DNA of 64,000 nucleotides from Candidatus Poribacteria bacterium (lineage in GTDB: Bacteria > Poribacteria > WGA-4E > PCPOR2b). Of the stretch, positions 38,039-48,327 are shown one piece after another (within the stretch, counting starts at the first letter, position 1; each line of letters opens with the position of its first letter). The DNA lies in contig OZ244042.1 of assembly GCA_965215015.1 (NCBI GenBank), positions 416,001-480,000 of the forward strand. The letters run 5' to 3'. A program made the position numbers and the translations under genes. Below the pieces are notes generated by a model that made no database searches, was not told the DNA's origin, and was given only the letters and a program-made list of their open reading frames with translations.

Positions 38039-39505
38039 TCAATCCAAATAGTCCATCTCCGGACGGCGTTCCCAACGAAATTGGTCTTTCGGGTTGGTGT
38101 ATTCTGCCCAAGCCCTGATAATCTCTAAGTCTGTCCGTTTTTGTTCCATCTTTTCGGCAACGACTTTGGGATCCCAGTCTTCCAGAACCTCGGCGATTAA
38201 TTGCTCTCGTATCTCCCGACAACTCGCGTCCTGCGCTCGATCCGATAGTTCGTTGGGGTCATCAGCGAGATTAAAAAGCTGCGGTTCTTGACCGTGGTAG
38301 TAATTCAACTTCCATTCGTCGCGCCGAATCATTCGATGCAAGTTGCTTTGAATCCCGATCTTATCGGGGCACCCCTCGTAGGTGCAGTATTCGGAGAAGG
38401 CGAGGTCTTCCCACTCTGTATTGGGTTGACGCACTATTTCAAGTACACTTCTGCCGCGAGCGTTAGGCAAGGGCGGTGCGCCGAGTGCTTCCAACATTGT
38501 CGCGTTTAAATCGAGCGAACTTAGAACACGGTCACACTGGATACCTTCCGGCAAGGTGCCGGGCCACGAGAGAATCGCCGGCACTTTAACTGAACCCTCG
38601 TAGAACGTGCGCTTCATCCACAAACCGTGTTCTCCCACCTGATCCCCGTGATCGGAACTGTAGATGATAAGTGTGTTCTCCGCTAGGTCATTCTTTCGGA
38701 GTGCGGCAAGAATCTCACCAATCATTATGTCCATCCGCGTCACCAATGCCCAGTATGCTGTCAGCGCGCTAAGGATCTCCGCTTCAGGAACATCTATGAG
38801 ATTACCCCACTCTCTCCACCACTTGAAGTAGGGATGGAGTGCGTCGGAGAACGGTTCGGGGTGTTTGGGGAGAGTCATCACATCTCGGTAGAGTTCGTAG
38901 TCCTCCCGACGCGCCACATAGGGTGAGTGAGGGAGCATAAATCCTACTGAGAGGCAGAAAGGTTCCGTTGGCAAGCCAGCCCGCTTTTGCACGCCGAGCC
39001 GGTCTAGATAATTTACGGTTGCAGCAGTCACCTCCTCGTCGTGAACTTGATAGCTGCTTTGACCGTACCCCGATTTTTGCAAGCTGGCGCGTAAGTTTTT
39101 CGGGGCTGCTCCGCTGCCGGGATAATTGCCGCCGTGATCACCGACTAGACGCTCTGCATAGCCGTGCAGTTGGTCGGGTCCCAGTCCGTGCATCCGGCCG
39201 ATTAGCACCGGATGATATCCCGCTGCCCCCATCGCATGTGCAAGCGTTGGAATACCGGAATCCAAGATGTGGTTGTTCGTCCAGACCTTAATCTCAGAGG
39301 GATACCGTCCTGCTAACATTGACATCCGTGATGGCACACAAACCGGCGAGGGACAGTAGACGTTTTTAAAGAATACTCCCTTTGCTGCCAAACTATTGAG
39401 GTTAGGTGTCTGCACCAGCGGGTCGCCGTAGCAACCGATGACTGCGGGGTTGTGCTGATCGGAATGGATGTACAAAAGGTTCGGACGTTCTGTATTTGTT
39501 CCCAT
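38039..39505 (-). CDS. Sulfatase (choline-sulfatase-like)
   Basis: RPNLLYIHSDQH, CVPSRMSMLAG, GRMH, SSDHGD, FYEGSVKVP. Confidence 0.93.
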   Translation of the reverse strand: MGTNTERPNLLYIHSDQHNPAVIGCYGDPLVQTPNLNSLAAKGVFFKNVYCPSPVCVPSRMSMLAGRYPSEIKVWTNNHILDSGIPTLAHAMGAAGYHPVLIGRMHGLGPDQLHGYAERLVGDHGGNYPGSGAAPKNLRASLQKSGYGQSSYQVHDEEVTAATVNYLDRLGVQKRAGLPTEPFCLSVGFMLPHSPYVARREDYELYRDVMTLPKHPEPFSDALHPYFKWWREWGNLIDVPEAEILSALTAYWALVTRMDIMIGEILAALRKNDLAENTLIIYSSDHGDQVGEHGLWMKRTFYEGSVKVPAILSWPGTLPEGIQCDRVLSSLDLNATMLEALGAPPLPNARGRSVLEIVRQPNTEWEDLAFSEYCTYEGCPDKIGIQSNLHRMIRRDEWKLNYYHGQEPQLFNLADDPNELSDRAQDASCREIREQLIAEVLEDWDPKVVAEKMEQKRTDLEIIRAWAEYTNPKDQFRWERRPEMDYLD

Positions 39506-39678
39506 CGTTTTTATAATCTAATCTGTGGTGTGAGTTGGTGAGGATATTGAGTTCATGGGTTCAAAAGTTTATTCATCTACGAGTAGACTAATGCACCAAT
39601 GAACAAATTGTTTTCATGTTTCATTCTCTCCCTTTCACCGGGGCACTGCCAAATTTTACATAACTAATACAAATAGTT

Positions 39679-41133
39679 TCACCCAAGGTATACCTGTACC
39701 ATTGAAATCGAATGCGGCGGGATTGTGACTGTGAACGGATTGGAGGGGACCTCTAATTTCTGTTTCACCAGTTTTACATTTTCTTCGCCGAAGTCGTTCA
39801 TCACTATTGGATCTTCGCCCCTAATCTCAAACAGGACACCGTCGCTCTTGAGATTCCCATGTTGATTTTCGATTGTGACCGGCAGTGCATCCGTCCGATG
39901 CCTGTTAATCAGGTTAATCGAAATACGTCTGAGTTCTGGTTGGTAGCTCGCAGAGGCATCAAGGTATGGAACTTTGCCGCAGTTTTCCGTTTCAAAACAG
40001 TCCGAATCCCAGTGGGCATCGAGGGCAATCGTTCCATTTTCAAGGGTGTGCAGTTGCAGGGGCCAAAAGATGGTCTGCAAAAACAGACCTTCTGCGTTTG
40101 TGTGAATCGGTGCAATGACGTTGACCAACTGCGCCATATTCGCTAGCTTGATTACGTCCGCATGACGGAGAAAGGCATTGAGGAACATCCCGACCGCCAA
40201 GGCATCCTGCAATGTGTATCGCTCATACTGTGGATGCTCAGAATCGTGGCTATACATCACATTCCATTCATCGAAAGCGATTTTTAGTTTCTTCCCATTC
40301 TCCGAATAATATACCCCAACATCGATAATCCCACGAGCCGCACGGATAAATTTCTCAATATGTTCAGATGCAGCCATGTACTCGTAATAACCGCCATACC
40401 AATCGCCAACGTACATGTGGATAGCGAGGTAATCGGCAATGTCTGCTAATTTTTCGACCACCACCTGATTCCACTTCATATCGGAGGCTTTCTGCTCGAA
40501 TGAACCGCAGGCAGCCAGTTCAATATTTTTGTCAACCAGTTTCATCACTTTTGCGTATTCGTACGCAAGGGCGGCATATTCCTCCGCTGGCTTGTGTCCA
40601 ATTTTCCAGTGCCCTGAAACCTCGTTGCCCAATGCCCAGTATTTCACACAATGCGGCTCGTCGTGCCCATTTTTCCGACGGAGGTTGGCATAGTAGGTGT
40701 CCTCCACCCCGTTGCAGTATTCTACCCAATGCTGTGCCTCGTCCATCGTGCCGTTTCCCATGTTGACACAGATATAGGGTTCTGTCCCAACTTCGCGGCA
40801 AAATTGGATAAACTCATCTGTTCCAAAGTGGTTCGATTCGACTGTATTCCACGCCAACTCCATCCTACGTGGACGTCCCTCCTTGGGACCAATGCCATCC
40901 ATCCAGTGATACGCTGAGACAAAGTTCCCGCCGGGCCAACGGATATTCGGCACCTTTAACGACTTGATGGCTGCAAGCACATCCCGTCGAAAACCCCTCT
41001 CATCCGACAACAGTGAACCTTCTTCGTAGATACCACCATAGATACAACGTCGCAGATGTTCGATGAAATTGCCATAGATGTTGGGATGGATTACGTCGAT
41101 CCGTCGACGTGGATCCACCAAAATTGACCCCAT
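39679..41133 (-). CDS. Alpha-L-arabinofuranosidase, GH51
   Basis: YGNFIEHL, RWPGGNF, WALGNE (acid/base), FDEWNV (nucleophile), AQLVNVIAP; ATG 41133 after AAAGGAGG. Confidence 0.93.
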   Translation of the reverse strand: MGSILVDPRRRIDVIHPNIYGNFIEHLRRCIYGGIYEEGSLLSDERGFRRDVLAAIKSLKVPNIRWPGGNFVSAYHWMDGIGPKEGRPRRMELAWNTVESNHFGTDEFIQFCREVGTEPYICVNMGNGTMDEAQHWVEYCNGVEDTYYANLRRKNGHDEPHCVKYWALGNEVSGHWKIGHKPAEEYAALAYEYAKVMKLVDKNIELAACGSFEQKASDMKWNQVVVEKLADIADYLAIHMYVGDWYGGYYEYMAASEHIEKFIRAARGIIDVGVYYSENGKKLKIAFDEWNVMYSHDSEHPQYERYTLQDALAVGMFLNAFLRHADVIKLANMAQLVNVIAPIHTNAEGLFLQTIFWPLQLHTLENGTIALDAHWDSDCFETENCGKVPYLDASASYQPELRRISINLINRHRTDALPVTIENQHGNLKSDGVLFEIRGEDPIVMNDFGEENVKLVKQKLEVPSNPFTVTIPPHSISMVQVYLG

Positions 41134-41147
41134 GTTTCCTCCTTTTT

Positions 41148-43097
41148 CTACCAGAACCATACCACATACAACGGTGTCTCAATAATCACGCTCAAAATTG
41201 ACCAATAGCACCCACTTGCAACATCTCCCAAAATAAGTCCCAGGAAGAAGGGCAGGAAACGCCGGTATAAACGCGCTCCGCCAACCTTGAAGACGATGAA
41301 CTTAATAATTCCACACAGAATTAGGACGAACCAGTAGTGATCCATTGTGCCCCCGTTGATGCCCATCGCATATCCGACCGGGTGCAGAGGCCACCAGATA
41401 AATTTGAGCCGCAGGAGGCCTAGAAGCGTGGTAAATGCAAACCCCAGGCCGATTGCAAAGGTACCAAAAACGTCTGTCTCACGAGGAAATTGGAACCAGC
41501 CGGAGAGCTGGTTATAGACAGACTGCCCCGGGCCCAACACCTGTCCAGGGGCGTCTACAGCAATTGAGGCACCGAAGTCATACAGACAGTAGAGATAAAC
41601 AAGAAAAGCGATGAAAACACTGGGGGCAATTGCAAGGAGCATAACCACCATCAACCGACGATAGTTGAGCCCAGTGCGCTGGGCAAGCTTGAATCCCTCC
41701 AGCTGATGGGGCATCGGGTGGCTCCGGTTTGAGCCATTGAACCACGAAAACAGTGAAAACAGCGTCAAATCGCTTTTGCCGAATGCTGTTACGCCAGCCA
41801 CCGACGTCAGGATTGTCTGTGGATTGACGCCGCCCATGTTATGCACCGGTGGACCCAGCTCAGCACGAATGCGTGTGACTGCTGCTGCAATCACCATGTA
41901 TAAACCAAAAAAGAGTGGAAATACCCAGAAAGACATTCCCGCCTGACTAGAAATCACATAAAGTAGGAGCAGACAAACCACGATACCGATGACGGCGGAT
42001 CGATAGCGCACCGGTTCTTCCGAATCGTCGAGGGGTGTGTTCATGCCGACTACCCGCTTCAAAATTTCCCGGAAGTGTTTCCGCCCCGCCCAAATTGCCA
42101 TCACAATAATCGCGAGGAAAGCACCGACAGCTTGGTTTGGCAGGAAAGGGTAGTAAGGGATTGTATACAAACCAGCAGCCCGTCCACCAATGAATTGGGC
42201 TTTTCGGACCCAATAGAAGAACGCCATTGAAAGGCTTAAATCAATTGGGAGTAAAAAACACAATCCGATCATGAATAATCGCAGATGAAAATAGGTCGTT
42301 CCAATCGCATCCCACGGTTCGTTATTCAGCCACAAGGCGAGGTCAGCAGTTGGCTCGCGGATCGGTATCAGGGGGACAGATGGATAAAGAAAGTTGAGTC
42401 CGTTGATAATTTCGATTGTCGCTGCAATCCCAAATCCCCACCACATGGCACGATTCTGAAAGAAACTCATCCCTGGTGCAGTCATATCGAGCGGCAATTG
42501 AGCAATCGGATACGGCATCCTTTCATGTTCAATCCATTGACGTCGTATTAGAACATTCAGGAAGGCAACTAAAAAAAAGATCAGCGTAGCGATTGCTGTC
42601 CAACTCAGGATAGGAGCTATCCAGTAGCGCAAATAGCCATCGGTGACGAAATTCGCGCCGCCTTCGTAGAATGGGCGCGCCATCTCAGTGTGTTCCATGA
42701 CAAGCCATTTTGGAAGGTGAGGATGAATCAGCTGTTTCCATTCGTTCTCAGGTGAGGCGAACCAGAATGCGTGGGTGAGCGGCCCCATAAGGCTCACCAT
42801 GTTATCGTGAGCGATCACCGATGTTGTCGTCGCCATCATAACATAGATGACGAGTAGTTCGGCTTGAGTCAGCGCATAGGATGGAAAGAAACGGTAGACA
42901 CTAGCGTTCACAAGGGCGAGGATAAAGACGATGAAGATCACATTCATCGGGATGGAAGTCGCGGAGAAGTGGAAGCCGTGCCAGACCATTTCGACCATGG
43001 CAATCCAATAGGCGTTCACCGGCATGAGGATAAACCCTAATAGCACGGCGCGTAAGGTAATCCGCGACTCGGAACGCGTGGTTGGAGATGTGTTCAT
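41148..43097 (-). CDS. Polytopic membrane protein, DUF6785/DUF6784-like (putative transporter)
   Basis: Many hydrophobic segments; RRQWIEHERMPYPIAQLP, RIRAELG, WWPLHPVGY, PFFLGLILGD. Confidence 0.6.
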   Translation of the reverse strand: MNTSPTTRSESRITLRAVLLGFILMPVNAYWIAMVEMVWHGFHFSATSIPMNVIFIVFILALVNASVYRFFPSYALTQAELLVIYVMMATTTSVIAHDNMVSLMGPLTHAFWFASPENEWKQLIHPHLPKWLVMEHTEMARPFYEGGANFVTDGYLRYWIAPILSWTAIATLIFFLVAFLNVLIRRQWIEHERMPYPIAQLPLDMTAPGMSFFQNRAMWWGFGIAATIEIINGLNFLYPSVPLIPIREPTADLALWLNNEPWDAIGTTYFHLRLFMIGLCFLLPIDLSLSMAFFYWVRKAQFIGGRAAGLYTIPYYPFLPNQAVGAFLAIIVMAIWAGRKHFREILKRVVGMNTPLDDSEEPVRYRSAVIGIVVCLLLLYVISSQAGMSFWVFPLFFGLYMVIAAAVTRIRAELGPPVHNMGGVNPQTILTSVAGVTAFGKSDLTLFSLFSWFNGSNRSHPMPHQLEGFKLAQRTGLNYRRLMVVMLLAIAPSVFIAFLVYLYCLYDFGASIAVDAPGQVLGPGQSVYNQLSGWFQFPRETDVFGTFAIGLGFAFTTLLGLLRLKFIWWPLHPVGYAMGINGGTMDHYWFVLILCGIIKFIVFKVGGARLYRRFLPFFLGLILGDVASGCYWSILSVIIETPLYVVWFW

Positions 43098-43241
43098 TAG
43101 TCCTCCGGACTGAGGGGCAATCGCATGAAAACCAGAAAACGGGAAGCCGAGACAAGTGCTTGCCTCCCAATCTATTGAGGATGCTCAGCCCGTTTTCACG
43201 TTTTACGCTTCACGTTTCAGGTATGTTGTTGAGCGACGGAT

Positions 43242-43739
43242 CTAACCGTGGGATCGCCGCCCTGGATCTCGATAAATAACGCGTCCACGCGTTAAATCGT
43301 AAGGCGAAAGTTCGACAAGGACTTTGTCTCCCGGCAGAATTCTGATGAAATTCTTCCGCATTCTGCCAGAGATGTGCGCCAGAATCTCATGTTTGTTATC
43401 CAATTCAACCCGAAACATGGCATTGGGCAGGGTTTCAATCACCGTTCCTTGGACCTCAATTTTGTCTTCCTTTGCTCGAACTCGAGATTGGACACCATCT
43501 CGGGTCTCCTGAGTCTCCTGCTCTGCGCGAACCTCGACCTTATCCTTACGAAAATCACGCTTGTTTTTCTTTTTATTTCTGCTTTTTCCTGCTACTGCTT
43601 TACCTTGTGCAGGGGCTCTGCTCTGTGCAGGCCCTCTACTCTGTGCAGGCCCTCTACCTCGTGCAGGCCCTCTACTTTGTGTGGGTCTATTTCTACTGGA
43701 CGACGTACTTCTTCCTTGTGTCGGTCTTTTACCTCTCAC
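43242..43739 (-). CDS. infA: Translation initiation factor IF-1 with ~88-aa N-terminal extension
   Basis: [69 protein letters not shown] is canonical IF-1. No start codon directly before AKED; GTG at 43739 has an AGGAG RBS. Confidence 0.92.
   Translation of the reverse strand: MRGKRPTQGRSTSSSRNRPTQSRGPARGRGPAQSRGPAQSRAPAQGKAVAGKSRNKKKNKRDFRKDKVEVRAEQETQETRDGVQSRVRAKEDKIEVQGTVIETLPNAMFRVELDNKHEILAHISGRMRKNFIRILPGDKVLVELSPYDLTRGRVIYRDPGRRSHG
43603..43692. repeat. 18-bp tandem repeat (about 5 units) inside the infA extension
   Basis: ctctgtgcaggccctcta twice exactly (43621-43656) plus variants; encodes [12 protein letters not shown] hexapeptides. Confidence 0.9.
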
Positions 43740-43867
43740 TTGTAGGCATCTCCTCTATATGGTTAAGGGGTTAAAACGTGAACCACAAATGATGATTTTC
43801 CAAATCGGGTCCAAGCGTGACTCAGACTGAAACGCTAAGTCGTAACCTCATAAATACAACTGATTGT

Positions 43868-44677
43868 TTATTCATCTTCAAGACTGAAGATCTTTTCTTT
43901 TTCAATGACAAGTGTGCGAAGATACTCCGCTTCTGCCTGGAGTTGAGATTGGGCGTCGTTTTCGTCACTACCTGTCGAAACCAAATCAACAGGCATATAC
44001 TGATTGTCATTGCGTCGCAAGGCGACATAGGCTTTCAAGTAGACATTTAGGTGTTTGCCCATTACCTGTTGCAAAAGTGGTGAAACTTCCGCCTCAAACA
44101 TATTTACATAAACGCGCAATGTTGTAATCTTCGCGCTCGCGCTATAGCGTTCGGAAATCAATGGTCCAATGTAGGTTTCAAAGATGGACTTCATCTCCCG
44201 CGGTGGACCGGGCATCAGCATAATCGAAGATGAATCTTTTGTAACACGAATGCACGGTGCCCAACCGACCAGATTTTGAAAAACTTCAGCGGTTTCGGGA
44301 ACCGTTGCCATATTAACCATCGCATCAGTAACATCGGCACGGTTCGTTAAATTCTGCCTCTCTATAAAGGCGGCTAATGTTGCCTCATGTACAACAGGCT
44401 GTACTCCGAGGGTTTTTGCGACGATCTGCACAGTCATATCATCGGGAGTTGGCCCGAGTCCCCCGGTTGTCAGGATCAGATCTGTTTTTCTGTCAATTGC
44501 ATCCTCAATGGCTTCAAATATCTCGTCAAACTCATCGCGAAGCATTGTTACGCGACGCAGCTGTCCACCTAACTGAAGAATCTGCTGTGCAATCCAGTGG
44601 GCATTGGTATCTTGGATCTGCCCAAGAATTAACTCGGTTCCAATTGAAAATAACTCGATAACGGGCGTGCGTTTCAA
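43868..44677 (-). CDS. CinA-like protein (molybdopterin-binding N-terminal domain, no PncC domain)
   Basis: IGTELILGQIQDTNA, TGGLGPTPDDMT, MPGPPREM. Confidence 0.85.
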   Translation of the reverse strand: MKRTPVIELFSIGTELILGQIQDTNAHWIAQQILQLGGQLRRVTMLRDEFDEIFEAIEDAIDRKTDLILTTGGLGPTPDDMTVQIVAKTLGVQPVVHEATLAAFIERQNLTNRADVTDAMVNMATVPETAEVFQNLVGWAPCIRVTKDSSSIMLMPGPPREMKSIFETYIGPLISERYSASAKITTLRVYVNMFEAEVSPLLQQVMGKHLNVYLKAYVALRRNDNQYMPVDLVSTGSDENDAQSQLQAEAEYLRTLVIEKEKIFSLEDE

Positions 44678-44711
44678 CCTAACCTCCTCGCATCATCTAT
44701 TAGTCTATTCA

Positions 44712-45743
44712 TCATAGCTTTTGATCAAGGAATTGAAATGCCCTAACCCCGTGAAAGCTATGAGCAGCTTCAAAAACTTCGAGCTCCAACTGATCCTCGG
44801 CACCAAAGACGCGAAAGATTTCCTGTGCTTGGTCAAACGCAAATCGGGTGGCATCAATTGGGAAGATAGTATCTTCCGTGCCGGACTCGACAAACATCGC
44901 GCGCGGGGCAATCAAGCCAGCGATGTCGTACATCTCCGCATACTTGAGGACACCGGGAATATAGTTATCAATACAGTGACTGATACTCAAGATGCTGTCA
45001 CGGAATGTATTGAAATAGCCGCTGACAACAGCAACCTTGAACCGCTCATCTATTGCCGCCGAGTAAAAGGTCGTCGTGCCGCCGCCGGAGATTCCCATGA
45101 CACCGATACGGTTTATGTCAATTTCAGGGCGTGTTGAAAGGTAGTCAAGAGAGCGCATCGCGTCGTAAACTCGCCAGCCAATCATCGTTTGGCCAAGCAG
45201 AAATGCTGCCCCGGAAGCAGGCAGACACGATGAATTGCCCCCTCCCCGTTGACATGCCGCATCATCTCGGCGATGTCCGAAGCCAAATTGCTCAATTGCC
45301 AACGCAGCATACCCTCGATCTACACACTGAAGGGCAAAGTCGTTTTGGTACTCGCCGTATTCAGTTCGCATCGTGCCATCTTCCTGAATCCCAACGATGT
45401 CATCAACACCGCGTCCGTGTCCATGCAGACAAAGGATGGTGGGCCCCGGCGTCTCAAAATCTTTGGGTAGCAGCAGATAGCCGAAAACGGTCATATTTGG
45501 ACGGCTTTGAAACAACACAGTTTCACGGGTGTAGGTCGAAAAATCCTTCGTTTCCACGACTCTGGGGAGCAATTCGCACGTCTCAGCTGGAAAATCGCCG
45601 AGCAGTTCAACAATCTTGGCTCTCAAATTGCGCTGCCACCTCTCCGCTTCCATGCCTGTTGAAGCCTGAAACGCCATCGCATGAGAAATTTGATCGTACA
45701 TTTCATGTGAAAAGGCTAATGTGTCTAAATGGTTCTGAGACAT
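44712..45743 (-). CDS. Alpha/beta hydrolase (dienelactone hydrolase/acetyl-esterase-like)
   Basis: LHGHG, GVMGISGGG nucleophile elbow, IAPR, DTIFP, HSF. Confidence 0.85.
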   Translation of the reverse strand: MSQNHLDTLAFSHEMYDQISHAMAFQASTGMEAERWQRNLRAKIVELLGDFPAETCELLPRVVETKDFSTYTRETVLFQSRPNMTVFGYLLLPKDFETPGPTILCLHGHGRGVDDIVGIQEDGTMRTEYGEYQNDFALQCVDRGYAALAIEQFGFGHRRDDAACQRGGGNSSCLPASGAAFLLGQTMIGWRVYDAMRSLDYLSTRPEIDINRIGVMGISGGGTTTFYSAAIDERFKVAVVSGYFNTFRDSILSISHCIDNYIPGVLKYAEMYDIAGLIAPRAMFVESGTEDTIFPIDATRFAFDQAQEIFRVFGAEDQLELEVFEAAHSFHGVRAFQFLDQKL

Positions 45744-45758
45744 CTGAAAATCTCCATT

Positions 45759-46688
45759 CTAATCCCACAGTCTGGTGCTGAAATATCGCTCACCGAGATC
45801 ATTAAAGACCGTGACAATAACTCCTTCTTTAATTTCTTTAGCGACTTCATAAGCACCTTGCAGGTATCCCCCGGAAGACTGTCCAACGAACCAACCCTGT
45901 TTTGCTAGATGGTTGCACATATCATACGCTTGATCGATCGTAACAGAGATCTTTTTGTCAATGATACTCTCGTCGAGAATCTCCGGAACGATGTCTTCGG
46001 GGCTGCCCATTGGTTTGAGGCCCTCAATGCCCGGGAATTCGTCGGGAGTGATACCGCAAATTTGAATATCTAGATTGTGCTCTTTGAGACGTCGTCCAAC
46101 GCCGGTAATCGTTCCTCCCGTGCCCACGCCCGCGACAAAATGGGTGACCTGTCCCGCTGTTTGTTTCAGAATTTCTACCCCTGTTGTGTCATAATGTGCT
46201 CGCCAGTTGTTATCGTTCTTGTACTGATCGGCAAAGTAATATTTATCGGGTGCTGTTTCGTGTCGGCGATGGACTTCGCGTAGTGCTTCGTCATAGCCAA
46301 GGATTGCGTCCGTGTAGATGATGTTTGCACCGTGCGCTTGAATCCGCTTTTTTCGCTCTTCACTGGCGTTGCTGGGAATGACCAATTCAACTTGGTAGCC
46401 TAAGACAGCACCGATCATAGCGTAAGCGATTGCAGCGTTTCCAGAACTGGAATCAAGGATAAACTTGTCACGCGTTAACTCGCCGGATCGGATGGCTTCG
46501 GTCAACATACGCAGCACAGGCCGATCCTTAATAGAGCCACCCGGATTATACATCTCTGCTTTTGCATAGATTTCTACGTTAGGCAATTCATCGGCAAATA
46601 GATCTATTTTGACCAGCGGTGTATTTCCAATCTGTTGAAGCAACGGATAGTTTGAGAGAGAAACGGAGCCGGTCGATTTTTTGCTCAT
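45759..46688 (-). CDS. Cysteine synthase (PLP-dependent, CysM/CysK family)
   Basis: IGNTPLV, NPGGSIKDR, SSSGNAA, GVGTGGT, IEGL, DLGERYFS. Confidence 0.92.
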   Translation of the reverse strand: MSKKSTGSVSLSNYPLLQQIGNTPLVKIDLFADELPNVEIYAKAEMYNPGGSIKDRPVLRMLTEAIRSGELTRDKFILDSSSGNAAIAYAMIGAVLGYQVELVIPSNASEERKKRIQAHGANIIYTDAILGYDEALREVHRRHETAPDKYYFADQYKNDNNWRAHYDTTGVEILKQTAGQVTHFVAGVGTGGTITGVGRRLKEHNLDIQICGITPDEFPGIEGLKPMGSPEDIVPEILDESIIDKKISVTIDQAYDMCNHLAKQGWFVGQSSGGYLQGAYEVAKEIKEGVIVTVFNDLGERYFSTRLWD

Positions 46689-46768
46689 TTAGGATGTTAC
46701 TTCCTTTTTCTAACGGAGTTTTATAAGAGATTGCTGTTGAGCAGTTTTGAAAAATGACTCGTAATACA

Positions 46769-47392
46769 CTACATAACTGACCCCGCTTGAGTCAGTCGCT
46801 GCTCAATTAACGAGCGAATATAGTCTTTAGCGGCGTCTCCAATCAGTTCGCCACTGAGAATGTCAGTAACTTCAAATTCCGCTAAACGCAAGGTTGGTTT
46901 CAGGCCATGCAACGGCGGTAACCAGTCTCGGAATGTATCGAAAAAGGCGCGCTGTGCAGCCCGACCGTTCAGAAACGGAAAATCTGCTGTCTTTCGTCGA
47001 AATCGATCTGTGCCTTTCTGAATCGCTATCTCTTGATGTTTGACACACAATTGGAGATACGCGTGGCGATCAAATCCCAGAGCTAAGTCTTCCGAATAGA
47101 AACCCAAAGTTGTCTGACGAAACGCGGTAAAGTGTTGTAATTCGTCAAATTCAAAGATAAAATTGTAGGGCGCAGGGAAATAGGCATCAGGGGTTAAGTA
47201 TCCAGCCGCTTTTGCGGATAAGCCATCCCAATCACCGCCCATCTTCTCAAAGAGATCGGTAATTTTTGGATAGTATTCACCGAAATGTGCTGGGAACGGT
47301 TTGTTAATCAGCCAACCGAATTGAGCACGGCGTTCAGCAGAAACTCCTAACACCTCTTCAACGAGCGCGATGATGCCGATTTCAAGACGCAT
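46769..47392 (-). CDS. Hypothetical protein, PD-(D/E)xK-like (Vsr/DUF559-type) nuclease fold
   Basis: LTPDAYF...IFEFDELQHF...RAAQRAFFDTFRD pattern; ATG 47392 after GGAGGAG. Confidence 0.5.
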   Translation of the reverse strand: MRLEIGIIALVEEVLGVSAERRAQFGWLINKPFPAHFGEYYPKITDLFEKMGGDWDGLSAKAAGYLTPDAYFPAPYNFIFEFDELQHFTAFRQTTLGFYSEDLALGFDRHAYLQLCVKHQEIAIQKGTDRFRRKTADFPFLNGRAAQRAFFDTFRDWLPPLHGLKPTLRLAEFEVTDILSGELIGDAAKDYIRSLIEQRLTQAGSVM

Positions 47393-47692
47393 GTTAAACG
47401 ACGGCTCCTCCACCACTAATGTTTTGTGGGCCCTTTCCGCTAGTTTCTAGTCCCCTCTATGTGGTTCATTGGCAGTTACTCGAAAAGTTCACGCGACGTG
47501 ATTGTACACAATCCTAATTTTATTTTTATTCTAACTCCTAAATCAAGCAGGTTGTCCTAACCTTGCGAAAGTTTGAAATCTTACCAAGTCAAAAGCATAC
47601 CACAAATCGGATCATCTTTCAACTGTAAATTGCGTCAATCAGTAAGCCTCGCTTTCGATACCCAAATCGGTTATCAAAAATCCTTTAGGCGT

Positions 47693-47987
47693 TAGGATTT
47701 ACGCAGTTGAACGTTCAAAGGAACCCCCCGACACTGTTGTACTACAGTGTTGGTTCTATACGACTCACGACGCCCGATGAATCGGGCAACTCCAGTTAAT
47801 TCTACAACGGTTCTCTTCCCCCTGCTTGCGGGGGGCTGAGGGGGTCTTAGGGAGGAAACCCACCGGGTTGCGTCCCCGATCGCGGGGGGTGGGGGTTCTT
47901 AGCGGGGGAAGGGGGAACAGCATAGGTCATTACTACCTTAAAGACGCGGGTTGAATGGCACTACTACAAACTCAAGTGCGTAATCCT
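47693..47987. mobile_element. MITE-like element, TAGGACTTACGCA family
   Basis: TAGGATTTACGCAG...TGCGTAATCCT ends; internal GCCCGATGAATCGGGCAACT hairpin shared with 59373-59392; G/C-run palindromes inside. Confidence 0.7.
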
Positions 47988-48044
47988 CATACGCTTTAGC
48001 GTTTTTTTAAAGAAAAGCGTTTGAGGTTTCAACATATTTAGATA

Positions 48045-48272
48045 GAGACGGTGGCACCACTGAAAACGGTTAGCAAGGGTAAAATCCGCAACGGTTCTCC
48101 CATACTCCGACAGGAGCGTGTTGCAGTGGCTTTCGTCTCACCACGGTTGGCGTACCGGGTCAATGGGCAGGGCATTGTCCAACCGTCTGTTAGGTGATAC
48201 CTAGCAGACAACCTAACAAGCGTTAGGAATCGGTGAGAATCCCAATCCTTTTTAGGGGTGGGAGTAGGTTAA
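48045..48272 (+). mobile_element. IS200/IS605-like end preceded by a four-hairpin non-coding region
   Basis: GAATCCCAATCCTTTTTAGGGGTGGGAGTAGGTTAA resembles the tnpB right end at 56110-56140; upstream stems at 48045-48139, 48144-48185, 48185-48209 and 48212-48227. Confidence 0.55.
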
Positions 48273-48327
48273 CAATCCTCTCCCAACCGGGGATAACCCC
48301 CGTTGCACAGCGACTGCACCATAAAAT

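Noticed and set aside
43603-43692. Tandem repeats as a possible CRISPR array
   Set aside because: Units are 18 bp, contiguous with no spacers, in frame within infA, and no cas genes are present.
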